Positions 26,077 through 34,982 of a stretch of 36,034 nt of DNA are shown here, one piece after another. The stretch's first letter is position 1; each line of letters begins with the position of its first letter. The stretch spans positions 1 to 36,034 of the forward strand of contig LKMP01000009.1 of assembly GCA_001563915.1 (NCBI GenBank). The letters run 5' to 3'. Made by a program: the position numbers and the translations under genes. The notes under the pieces were generated by a model, which was given only the letters and a program-made list of their open reading frames with translations, did no database searches and was not told the DNA's origin. Source of the stretch: Nanohaloarchaea archaeon B1-Br10_U2g21 (GTDB taxonomy: Archaea; Nanohalarchaeota; Nanosalinia; Nanosalinales; Nanosalinaceae).

Positions 26077-27183
26077 ATGAGCGAATTACACTGGACAGAT
26101 AGAGCAGAACAACTACCAGAGCCATACACAGGCCTAAACCTTGATACAGAAACACAAGAGTGGTTAAACGAACGTTACAAAAAGATGCAGTACGAGCCAG
26201 GAGAAGCTATCGGTATTGTTGCAGCACAATCAATAGCAGAACCTGCAACCCAGCTTACGATGGAAACGTACCACCAGGCAGGAGGAGCACAAGTATCTCT
26301 TACTGCAGGATTACCTCGTCTAATCGAAATTGTAGACGCACGCCGAGAGCCAAAGACTCCGGCAATGAACGTCTACCTAAAAGAAGAATACAACTCTCGA
26401 GAAGAAGCTACAAAACTAGCCAGAAAGCTTAGAGAAGTCAAGTTCACAGATCTCGTCACAAAGGATACTATTGATATCATGCAGCTTGAAGTAGAGTACG
26501 AACTCAATTCTGCTCTATTAGAAGACTATGACATCGATATGGAAGATGTTAAATCTAGAGTAAAAGATTCTGTAAAGAAGTCTAAACTCAGTATAGATGA
26601 CAATAGCATAATATTAGAATCCTCCGAAGAAGACTATACCCTTCGAGACCTTAAAGACTTAAAAAACAAGGTTGAGGATGCAAGAATCAAAGGAATTAAG
26701 GGAATAGAGCAAGTTGTCATTAATGAAAACGATGGAGAGTGGGAACTTCAGACCGCAGGAACCGCACTTAGAAAGACACTGAAGATAGAAGAAGTAGATG
26801 AAAACAGAACAATCTCTAACCACTTATTCGAGGTTAAGAGAGTATTAGGAGTAGAAGCCTTAAGAAACAGAATTATCGTAGAGACAAATCAAACTCTAGG
26901 AGCACAAGGAATCAGTATAGACAATAGACACATTATGCTACTAGCTGACATGATGACTAAAACAGGAGGGCTCAAAGGAACAACACGTTATGGAATCGTA
27001 GGCGACAAGCACTCCATACTCGCCCGTTCAGTTTTCGAAGAAACCAAGAAACACCTAAGAGAAGGAACACTTGGCGGAGAAGAAGATGAACTTGAAGGAG
27101 TAGTAGAAAACATCATCACAGGTCAACCTGTACCTATAGGAACTGGTACCGTAGACCTGAAACCAAGCTTCGAAAAGGAGTAA
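26077..27183 (+). CDS. rpoA2: RNA polymerase subunit A'' (Rpo1C)
   Basis: EPGEAIG..AAQSI.EP.TQ, GLPRLIEI, RHIMLLAD.MT and GVVENIITGQPVPIGTG. Confidence 0.97.
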   Translation: MSELHWTDRAEQLPEPYTGLNLDTETQEWLNERYKKMQYEPGEAIGIVAAQSIAEPATQLTMETYHQAGGAQVSLTAGLPRLIEIVDARREPKTPAMNVYLKEEYNSREEATKLARKLREVKFTDLVTKDTIDIMQLEVEYELNSALLEDYDIDMEDVKSRVKDSVKKSKLSIDDNSIILESSEEDYTLRDLKDLKNKVEDARIKGIKGIEQVVINENDGEWELQTAGTALRKTLKIEEVDENRTISNHLFEVKRVLGVEALRNRIIVETNQTLGAQGISIDNRHIMLLADMMTKTGGLKGTTRYGIVGDKHSILARSVFEETKKHLREGTLGGEEDELEGVVENIITGQPVPIGTGTVDLKPSFEKE

Positions 27184-27245
27184 AACCATATATAAAACCT
27201 GAGGCCTCTTTAAAATCTACAGACCTTCTAAAAAGGGAATAAACG

Positions 27246-27668
27246 ATGGTAACAGCAACATACGACACCGAAATGATTAGAACTCTCAACATGTTTGAGT
27301 CTCTCACAGATGTAGAGGCAAGAGACTGCCTAATAACCGAAGAAGAAGCTTATTTTGTAGTGCCTGAAGGCAAAGCAGGAATGGCGATAGGTAAGGGCGG
27401 AAAAATAGTTCAAAAAGTACAGAACCAGTTAGGAAAAACAGTGAAAATTTATGAGTACAACGACAACATCGGCGCCTTTATCAACAACATCGTACCAGGC
27501 GACATAAGAGGAGTAGACATTAACGATAGTGGCGAACAGAAAAAAGTCACTATAAACGTACCTAACAAGAACAAAGGCAAAGTACTCGGACGAGACGGAG
27601 AAAGGATCCAGTCAATCCGCAACATACTCAAAAGAACCCATAATGTCGACGAAGTTAAAGTAGAATAA
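27246..27668 (+). CDS. nusA: Archaeal NusA (KH domains)
   Basis: GMAIGKGG and GKVLGRDG KH loops; position after rpoA''. Confidence 0.95.
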   Translation: MVTATYDTEMIRTLNMFESLTDVEARDCLITEEEAYFVVPEGKAGMAIGKGGKIVQKVQNQLGKTVKIYEYNDNIGAFINNIVPGDIRGVDINDSGEQKKVTINVPNKNKGKVLGRDGERIQSIRNILKRTHNVDEVKVE

Positions 27669-27714
27669 AAAAATTCTCAAAAATTATACAAGTCTAAGGC
27701 CTTGAAACTGATTC

Positions 27715-27984
27715 ATGGCCACAAGACTATGTCCTCGCTGCAGCTCAGAAAATATTGAACCTGAAGTAGCAGACTTCTCAGGCTTTCTACACGGCAGTAT
27801 AAACAAGTGGAACTGCCAAGACTGCAATTACATAGGTCTAGCGCCTGAAAAAACATCTGAAGAAAATGAAAATTCTCCCAGCCCAGAAAAAGAGGGAAAT
27901 AGCGAGGAATTAACTTTTACAAATTACCTCATTATCTTATTAGTAGCCTTGTTAGTAGGTCTGCTAATGTTATCCCTATTTTAA
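27715..27984 (+). CDS. Zinc-ribbon protein with C-terminal TM anchor
   Basis: CPRC...CQDC and a hydrophobic C-terminus. Confidence 0.7.
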   Translation: MATRLCPRCSSENIEPEVADFSGFLHGSINKWNCQDCNYIGLAPEKTSEENENSPSPEKEGNSEELTFTNYLIILLVALLVGLLMLSLF

Positions 27985-28020
27985 CCGTAGACCGGGTATA
28001 AAAAGTTTAGTTTTGATGAA

Positions 28021-28449
28021 TTGGGTATGGGAATGTACGGCGCACGCAAGATGAAGAAGAAAAGGCAGCAGTACAGGTGGAGTGATAAAAACTATAAAAG
28101 AAGAATGCTCAACCTGAAAGAAAAAGCTGACCCATTAGGAGGAAGTCCTCAAGGAAGAGGCATTGTATTAGACAAACGTATTATTGAGGCAAAACAGCCA
28201 AACTCTGCACTGAGAAAGTGTGTGCGTGTACAACTACTGAAAAACGGTAAACAGCTCACAGCATTCGTACCCGGAGATGGAGCAATTGAATACATTGACG
28301 AACACGATGAAGTACTAATTGAAGGAATCGGCGGAGCAGACTCCGGGCCTAAAGGAGATATTCCAACAGTACGTTACCAAGTAATTCAGGTAAACGGAAT
28401 TTCTCTAAAAGAACTCGTAAGAGGACGACAAGAGAAACCAACACGGTGA
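28021..28449 (+). CDS. rps12: 30S ribosomal protein S12 (uS12)
   Basis: [17 protein letters not shown] and GDIP.VRY; start TTG 28021 or ATG 28027. Confidence 0.98.
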   Translation: MGMGMYGARKMKKKRQQYRWSDKNYKRRMLNLKEKADPLGGSPQGRGIVLDKRIIEAKQPNSALRKCVRVQLLKNGKQLTAFVPGDGAIEYIDEHDEVLIEGIGGADSGPKGDIPTVRYQVIQVNGISLKELVRGRQEKPTR

Positions 28450-28458
28450 TAATAAAAA

Positions 28459-29085
28459 ATGAGTGAAGCAGCGACAATTGAGATAGAAGATGAAATATTG
28501 ACCTTTGGAAGATGGGATGCCACAGAAGCAGAAATCAACGATAACGGATTACTAAGATATATCAGCACCGAAAACATAATGGAGCCCCGCAGCAAAGGTA
28601 GACACACTGACAAACAGTTCTATAAGGCAGAAGTACCTATCGTAGAAAGACTCCTGAACCGCATGTATGTTGCAGGCCACAGAGGAAAGAAACACAAAAT
28701 TACCTCTGGTAAAAATACTGGCCAAAGACAGAAGCTATGGAATATAATTGAAGACACATTTGAAAAAATAGAAGGCGAAACAGATGAGAACCCAGTTCAA
28801 GTACTCATAGATGCAATCGAAAACTCTGCGCCTGTAGAAGAAGTAGTCACATATCAAAGAGGAGGAGCAAGAGCCCGAAAAGCTGTAATAGTAGCCCCAC
28901 AGAGAAGAGTAGATCTCGCATTGAGATTACTTGTACAAGGAGCCTATGAGAATAGACTAGCTTCAAGTAAGGATGCAGTAGATGCACTTGCTGAAGAACT
29001 AATAGGCGCACACAATAATGACAACAACATCCGTGCAGTAATGACCCGAGAACGGATGGAGAGAGAAGCAGAAGGCGCACGATAA
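28459..29085 (+). CDS. rps7: 30S ribosomal protein S7 (uS7)
   Basis: PIVERL, NPVQVL..AIENSAP and APQRRVD.ALR. Confidence 0.98.
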   Translation: MSEAATIEIEDEILTFGRWDATEAEINDNGLLRYISTENIMEPRSKGRHTDKQFYKAEVPIVERLLNRMYVAGHRGKKHKITSGKNTGQRQKLWNIIEDTFEKIEGETDENPVQVLIDAIENSAPVEEVVTYQRGGARARKAVIVAPQRRVDLALRLLVQGAYENRLASSKDAVDALAEELIGAHNNDNNIRAVMTRERMEREAEGAR

Positions 29086-29140
29086 GAGACCCTCGTCTTC
29101 TCTTTCTTAAAAACTTTTTCTATTTCCTAAATTACTTTTC
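29084..29140 (+). terminator. Probable terminator after rps7
   Basis: Short GAGAC-CCTC-GTCTT hairpin followed by pyrimidine/T-rich tracts. Confidence 0.45.
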
Positions 29141-29214
29141 AGAGATAGAGGCCTCTATATCCTTTTTAAAACTTGTAAAGAATTTCCGGTTATTGAAACG
29201 GTGAAAAACTGAAT

Positions 29215-31398
29215 ATGGCCAAAGAGCTTGACGCAATTAAAGAAGTGATTAACGACCCGGAGCATATCCGGAACATCGCTATCGCAGCACACATTGACCA
29301 CGGAAAAACAACACTTACAGACAATCTCCTTGCTCGTGCAGGTATGATATCCGAGAAACTTGCAGGAGACCAAAGATTCATGGACTTCGATGACCAAGAA
29401 GCAGAAAGAGGAATCACAATCTATTCTGCAAACGTATCGATGGTTCACGAACTTAATGGACAGGACTACCTGATTAACCTTATCGACACACCAGGGCACG
29501 TTGACTTCGGAGGAGACGTTACCCGGGCAATGCGTGCAGTTGATGGAGTAGTAGTACTTGTGGACGCAGTCGATGGAGTAATGCCTCAAACAGAGACCGT
29601 CATGAAACAAGCCTTAAACGAAGGAGTCAAGCCTGTACTTTTCATCAACAAAGTAGACCGACTAATAGAAGAAATGCAGTTAACACCTGAAGAAATGCAA
29701 GAAAGATTCATAGATATCATCAGAGAAGCAAACACTGCATTAAGAAAATACGCTGAAGAAGATTTAGCCGACGAATGGCAGATGAAAGTAGACAATGGAA
29801 CAGTTGCTTTCGGATCAGGTCTGAAGAACTGGGCAATCTCTGTACCATACATGGCAGAAACCGGAATAACTTTTGGAGATATAATTGACAAAGTAAACGA
29901 CGGCGACCATGAAGGTCTAAGAGAAGATGCACCAATTGAAGAAGTAGTTCTCGACATGGTAGTAGAACATTTAGTTAACCCTCAAGAAGCCGCACAGAGA
30001 AGAATTTCTAAGGTATGGCCTGGAGAAGTAGACAGCGACATAGGACAATCAATGATGAAACACACCCAGGATGGACCTCTTGTAGGAGTAGTCACAAACG
30101 TTGAAGATGATGAACATGCAGGAACAATTGCAACAGCAAGACTATTCTCTGGAACAGTAGAAGAAGGAGATCAATTATATGGTATTGGATCAAAGAAGAC
30201 TGAAAGAGCTCAACAAGTAGGAATTTATTCAGGACCTAGAAAGCTGACAGTCGATGAAGTACCCTGTGGAAACATTGCAGCACTAACCGGTCCAGACTTT
30301 ACAACCGGAGAAACTTTTATTCGAGAAGGCGAAGATGAGATTCAGCCATTCGAACAAATCGAACACGTATTCGAACCTGTTGTAACTAAATCTATTGAAC
30401 CAAAACGAACATCAGACCTACCAAAACTCATTGAAGCTCTACGTAAACGTGCAAAAGAAGATAACACAATCAAGATCCAGATTGACGAAGAAACAGGAGA
30501 GACACTAGTATCAGGACTCGGAGAACTACACATTGAAGCAAAAGTTGAAAGATTCCTAGATGAAAAAGGAATTGACATCAACGTATCCGAACCGATTGTA
30601 GTATTCAGAGAAGGAATCGAAAAAGTCTCCCCAGAAGTAACAGGTAAATCGCCTAACCGCCACAACCAGTTACAAATCACTGTGGAGCCTATTCCTGAAT
30701 CAGTAAGAAAGTTCTTGAAAGAAGAATACAAAGAACTCAAAATGCAGTCCAGCGATGATACAGAAGTCAGAGATGCGCTTGTAGAATCCGGGATGGATAA
30801 AGACGAAGCAGATAACATCATGGAAGTCTACGAAGAAAACATGTTTATCAATGCCTCAAGAGGTATCAAAAGCCTAAGAGAAATTCAAGAATACCTGATT
30901 GATGCATTCCAAGAATTCTGTGATGAAGATCCGCTGGCGAACGAGCCTGTAATAGGCCTAAAAGTTAAACTTCACGATGCAAAACTGCACGAAGACGCAA
31001 TCCACAGAGGACCAGCACAAATGATTCCTGCAACAAAGAATGCGCTGAAAAGAGGTTTCCTTCAAGCACAACCTCAGCTAATCGAGCCAAAACAAGAGCT
31101 CAGAATTGACACACCGAGTGAAACTATGGGAGAAGCAATGACCGAAGTTTCCAACCGTAGAGGCGATGTCATGGACATGGAAGAAGAAGGCGGAAGCAGT
31201 GTGATATTCTGTAAACTTCCTGTAGAGGAATTGTTTGGATTTGAAGCAGATCTAAAATCTGCAACAAACGGAAAAGGATTCTTCTCACTGATAGACATAG
31301 TCTTTGAACCTCTAATGATGGATCTACAAGACGAAAAGATTCTTGAAATCCGTGAAAGAAAAGGAATGAAGGAAGAACTCCCAACACTGGAAGAGTAA
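29215..31398 (+). CDS. fusA: Translation elongation factor aEF-2
   Basis: AHIDHGKTT, RGITI, DTPGH, NKVD and the diphthamide site HEDAIHRGPAQ. Confidence 0.99.
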   Translation: MAKELDAIKEVINDPEHIRNIAIAAHIDHGKTTLTDNLLARAGMISEKLAGDQRFMDFDDQEAERGITIYSANVSMVHELNGQDYLINLIDTPGHVDFGGDVTRAMRAVDGVVVLVDAVDGVMPQTETVMKQALNEGVKPVLFINKVDRLIEEMQLTPEEMQERFIDIIREANTALRKYAEEDLADEWQMKVDNGTVAFGSGLKNWAISVPYMAETGITFGDIIDKVNDGDHEGLREDAPIEEVVLDMVVEHLVNPQEAAQRRISKVWPGEVDSDIGQSMMKHTQDGPLVGVVTNVEDDEHAGTIATARLFSGTVEEGDQLYGIGSKKTERAQQVGIYSGPRKLTVDEVPCGNIAALTGPDFTTGETFIREGEDEIQPFEQIEHVFEPVVTKSIEPKRTSDLPKLIEALRKRAKEDNTIKIQIDEETGETLVSGLGELHIEAKVERFLDEKGIDINVSEPIVVFREGIEKVSPEVTGKSPNRHNQLQITVEPIPESVRKFLKEEYKELKMQSSDDTEVRDALVESGMDKDEADNIMEVYEENMFINASRGIKSLREIQEYLIDAFQEFCDEDPLANEPVIGLKVKLHDAKLHEDAIHRGPAQMIPATKNALKRGFLQAQPQLIEPKQELRIDTPSETMGEAMTEVSNRRGDVMDMEEEGGSSVIFCKLPVEELFGFEADLKSATNGKGFFSLIDIVFEPLMMDLQDEKILEIRERKGMKEELPTLEE

Positions 31399-31403
31399 TC
31401 AAA

Positions 31404-31631
31404 ATGAACCTAGCTTACTTTAAGCCAAGTAAGACGAACATCGTCTTATCTCTTTCATTTTTCGGGATTTTCATCGGCATAACTATAGTTGCTTTAATAA
31501 CAGAACTCGGAATCTATGGGCAACTCCACGACATCGAAGAGAACTTAGCTGCAGACATGATATACCTAGTAGCTATATTAGCTAGCGTATACCTCCAAGC
31601 AGTCTTTGCTAACTGGTATACAGACGAGTAA
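31404..31631 (+). CDS. Small 2-TM membrane protein
   Basis: Two hydrophobic helices; starts 5 nt after the EF-2 stop. Confidence 0.65.
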   Translation: MNLAYFKPSKTNIVLSLSFFGIFIGITIVALITELGIYGQLHDIEENLAADMIYLVAILASVYLQAVFANWYTDE

Positions 31632-31651
31632 AATCTTCGATAATGTAACGT

Positions 31652-31675
31652 GGGGATTCTGAAAACAGAGTCCCC
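31652..31675. other. GC-rich hairpin (terminator or structured RNA element)
   Basis: GGGGATTCTG-AAAA-CAGAGTCCCC, a 10-bp stem with one G-U, followed by a pyrimidine tract. Confidence 0.55.
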
Positions 31676-31827
31676 CGCCTCATTCATCATCTTTCTCTGT
31701 TCTCAACTCCAATTTAGGAAGGCCTTTATAGACACTAACAATATAAACTAGTTTTTTAGAAAACTGCTCCTTTTTAAAGGTTTAAGGAGTAAGTCCTACT
31801 TATACGCTTTAAAGGTGAATAATAAAA

Positions 31828-33093
31828 ATGGCAGATAATCCACACATTAATCTCGTGTTCATTGGACACGTAGATCACGGAAAGTCAACAACAATCGGTA
31901 GACTACTTTGGGATACTGAAAACCTTCCAAAAGAAGAGATGCGTAAGCTAGAGGAAGCTGCAGAAGAAGCAGGTAAAGAATCCTTCAACTTCGCGTTCGC
32001 AATGGACTCTCTTGAAGAAGAAAGAGAAAGAGGAGTTACAATCGATCTTGCACATCAAAAGTTTGATACAGATAAATACAACTTTACAATCATCGATGCT
32101 CCTGGACACAGAGACTTCATTAAGAACATGATTACAGGAGCTTCTCAGGCAGACGCAGGAGTTCTAGTAGTTGCTGCAGATGACGGTATCCAGCCACAGA
32201 CAAAAGAACACGCATACTTAGCAAAAACTCTGGGAATCGATCAGCTAGTAGTCGCAGTTAACAAAATGGACTTAGCTGACTACGGAGAAGATGGATACAA
32301 CTCAGTAAAAGAAGAAGTATCACAACTGATCCAAGGAGTAGGATACAACCCAGACAACATTCATTTTGTACCAATCTCATCATTTGAAGGAGAAAATATC
32401 ACAGAAAACACAGAAATGGACTGGTACGATGGACCAGCACTAGTTGACGCACTAGACGACTTTGAAGAACCTGAAAAGGCAATTGACCTTCCTCTAAGAG
32501 TTCCAATTCAGGATGTATACAGCATCTCAGGAATCGGAGCAGTCACAGTAGGAAGAGTAGAAACAGGAGAAATTAACCCTGGTGATGATATCACATTCGA
32601 ACCTGCTGGCGTAGGTGGAGAAGTAAAAACAATCGAAATGCACCACGAAGAAGTAGACGCAGCAGAACCAGGAGACAACATCGGATGGAACACTAGAGGA
32701 GTAGGAAAAGATGATGTCAAGAAAGGAGACGTAGCAGGAACATCTGATAACCCTCCAACAGTTGCAGAAAGCTTCGAAGCACAAGTAATTGTCCTAAACC
32801 ATCCAAATGTCATCTCAGAAGGGTACACTCCAGTATTCCACGTTAACACAGCACAAGTCAGCTGTACATTTACAGATCTCAAGAAGACAATGAACCCTCA
32901 AACAGGAGAGACAATTGAAGAAGACCCAGACTACATCAAACAGGGACAAGCAGCAGTTGTAGAAATCACACCGCAACAACCGCTTGTAATTGAGGAAAAC
33001 GATGACATCCCACAGCTAGCAAGATTCGCAATCAGAGACATGGGACAGACAGTAGGAGCAGGACAAGCTCTAAGCGTCAAAGAGAAGCAGTAA
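31828..33093 (+). CDS. tuf: Translation elongation factor aEF-1 alpha
   Basis: [30 protein letters not shown] and [10 protein letters not shown]; SD AAGGTG. Confidence 0.99.
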   Translation: MADNPHINLVFIGHVDHGKSTTIGRLLWDTENLPKEEMRKLEEAAEEAGKESFNFAFAMDSLEEERERGVTIDLAHQKFDTDKYNFTIIDAPGHRDFIKNMITGASQADAGVLVVAADDGIQPQTKEHAYLAKTLGIDQLVVAVNKMDLADYGEDGYNSVKEEVSQLIQGVGYNPDNIHFVPISSFEGENITENTEMDWYDGPALVDALDDFEEPEKAIDLPLRVPIQDVYSISGIGAVTVGRVETGEINPGDDITFEPAGVGGEVKTIEMHHEEVDAAEPGDNIGWNTRGVGKDDVKKGDVAGTSDNPPTVAESFEAQVIVLNHPNVISEGYTPVFHVNTAQVSCTFTDLKKTMNPQTGETIEEDPDYIKQGQAAVVEITPQQPLVIEENDDIPQLARFAIRDMGQTVGAGQALSVKEKQ

Positions 33094-33150
33094 ACCACTG
33101 CTCTCAAAAATCTCTTTCTTTACATATCACATTTCTCTTTCTCTTTTCTA
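33081..33150 (+). terminator. Probable terminator after EF-1a
   Basis: AGCAGT-AAACC-ACTGCT hairpin over the stop codon, then TCTCTTTCTTT tracts. Confidence 0.45.
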
Positions 33151-33261
33151 TAATCGTCATCAAATATTACTATCCGGCCTATGTAGTACAAAGATGTAGA
33201 TAAGAACAAAATTCAAAGGCCCTGAATTCCTTTATAAGAGTTAATATCACGATTATTTTCT

Positions 33262-33570
33262 ATGCAGAAAGCGCGTGTAAAACTCAGAAGTACAGAACAA
33301 GAAAAAGTAGACAATTTAGCAGAAGAAATACTTGAAATAGGAAAAGAGTACAACGCCAACGTATCAGGACCAGTTCCTCTACCAACAAAAAACATGAAGA
33401 TAACAACACGTAAAGCCCCAGATGGAGAAGGAGCATCTACAATTGAAAGATACGAAATGCATGTACACAAAAGACTTATAGACATTAAAGACAGTGAAAG
33501 AGCGCTAAGACAAGTCATGAGAGTACACGTACCTGAAGGCTTAGATATTGAAATTGAATTAATGGAGTAA
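33262..33570 (+). CDS. rps10: 30S ribosomal protein S10 (uS10)
   Basis: SGPVPLPTK, RKAPDGEG and M.VHKRLID; own TATA (TTTATAAG 33231). Confidence 0.98.
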   Translation: MQKARVKLRSTEQEKVDNLAEEILEIGKEYNANVSGPVPLPTKNMKITTRKAPDGEGASTIERYEMHVHKRLIDIKDSERALRQVMRVHVPEGLDIEIELME

Positions 33571-33690
33571 TTTCTAAGCCTCTAAATCAGTTCTAATTTA
33601 AAGTTTCTAAAATTCATTATTTTCTAAGAGGAATAATTTCAAAGTCATTAAACCAACGTCTCCGTTTATAAGTTAGACATAATCAGTCAT

Positions 33691-33778
33691 GCCGGAGTGA
33701 CTGAGCGGCTAAAGGTGCCAGCCTGGAAAGCTGGTGGGCCATTGCGCGCCCTCCTGGGTTCGAATCCCAGCTCCGGCG
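33691..33778 (+). tRNA. tRNA-Ser (anticodon GGA), long variable arm, CCA not encoded
   Basis: GCCGGAG/CTCCGGC acceptor stem, CCAGC-CTGGAAA-GCTGG anticodon arm, GGGC..GCCC variable stem, TTCGAAT T-loop and G discriminator. Confidence 0.97.
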
Positions 33779-33785
33779 ACTTTTA

Positions 33786-34145
33786 CTAGTTTTCTTTCAC
33801 AAGGAGATCTCTTCTGAGATAGAACTCTTCTCTTGCTCTAAGGTTTAGGTAACTTGTAAATGCATAAAGAATTATTACCGCTGTTATACCAATATACGTC
33901 GCTATACTTTGAAGGATTCTCAACTGTTCTAGCCCCATAGATGCTGCGACAGAAGATATAAGACCTGCATAAAATAGGATTCTCAACGTAACTTCTACTC
34001 GTTTGGTATATCTGTACTTATCAAATGCCCTTTTGTATTGTATGTACTCTTTTGAACGAGGTTCCTCTCCTAGCGAGTTCAAAAGCTCATTGTGAGACTT
34101 TCCTATTGGGGTGAACCACCACAGCTTTCTTCTAAAGCTGTTCAC
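33786..34145 (-). CDS. 2-TM membrane protein, paralog A
   Basis: Colinear with 34573..34929; start moved to the GTG at 34145 by alignment with the paralog. Confidence 0.8.
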   Translation of the reverse strand: MNSFRRKLWWFTPIGKSHNELLNSLGEEPRSKEYIQYKRAFDKYRYTKRVEVTLRILFYAGLISSVAASMGLEQLRILQSIATYIGITAVIILYAFTSYLNLRAREEFYLRRDLLVKEN

Positions 34146-34340
34146 ATGGCTTCTAATTTTTAGAATATTTGGCGGCAACATAAGTATAATAATATTGGAA
34201 CAGAACTTAAAGCCTAAACAGAGACAACTTCTGTGCTATTAACTGGATAAAACTAATTTGACTACAATAATTCTACACCTCGTTCCTCCTAGAGCGTATT
34301 GCAACATTTTAAAAGAGTCCAGCGCTAATTTCCACTTGTT

Positions 34341-34550
34341 ATGAAAACAGAGCTTGTGCTATTCGCACTAGTCGTCGGTATTATTGCGACTTCAGGATGT
34401 CTTGATGGACAAGAAGCTCCTGATGTACCGGAAGATGACTTTGAAGAACCTGAAGCTCCTGAAGAAGGAGAAGAAGGAGATGTAGACGAAGAAACACTTC
34501 CTGATGAAGGCGTAGAAGACGGCGAAGACGACGAAGCACTACCTGAATAA
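34341..34550 (+). CDS. Small secreted acidic lipoprotein-like protein
   Basis: Signal peptide ending in ATSGC (lipobox-like), then an almost purely D/E/P/G tail. Confidence 0.8.
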   Translation: MKTELVLFALVVGIIATSGCLDGQEAPDVPEDDFEEPEAPEEGEEGDVDEETLPDEGVEDGEDDEALPE

Positions 34551-34572
34551 TCACGTTTTTACATTTACTTTT

Positions 34573-34929
34573 TTATTTTTCTAATGCAAGAAGAATCTGT
34601 CTTACATAAAATTCTTCCTTATAGAGCTGTAAGAAGTAGTAAGATACTCCATACATAACTAAAAGTATTGAAACTCCTATATACGACGCAATAACCGCTA
34701 TATACTCAGCACTCTCAAACCCTACTGTAGCAGCTATAGAAGTAATAACTCCAGCATAGAAAAAAATCTTCACCAAGTTATGTACAGTCCGGCTAAACCT
34801 ATACCTAGCTAAAGCTTTTTCATATTCTTGCAATACCTGCGCATCCATCTCTTGAAGCGAGGCTTTCAGCTGCTTATCCGCCCTCCCTACAGGCGTTAAC
34901 CTGAAAATCCAGTCTCGAATATTTTTCAC
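34573..34929 (-). CDS. 2-TM membrane protein, paralog B
   Basis: Shares TP.G, YR, I.FYAG.I.S.AA..G.E, IA.YIG and EEFY.R..LL with paralog A. Confidence 0.8.
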   Translation of the reverse strand: MKNIRDWIFRLTPVGRADKQLKASLQEMDAQVLQEYEKALARYRFSRTVHNLVKIFFYAGVITSIAATVGFESAEYIAVIASYIGVSILLVMYGVSYYFLQLYKEEFYVRQILLALEK

Positions 34930-34982
34930 ATCTAACTAGTTCTCCCTCACAGCTTAAAAGGATCGATTCAAACCGTTTAGAT

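Noticed and set aside
20326-27183. Split rpoB and rpoA genes as a novelty or frameshift
   Set aside because: B''/B' and A'/A'' splits are standard in many archaea; each part has its own start and SD.
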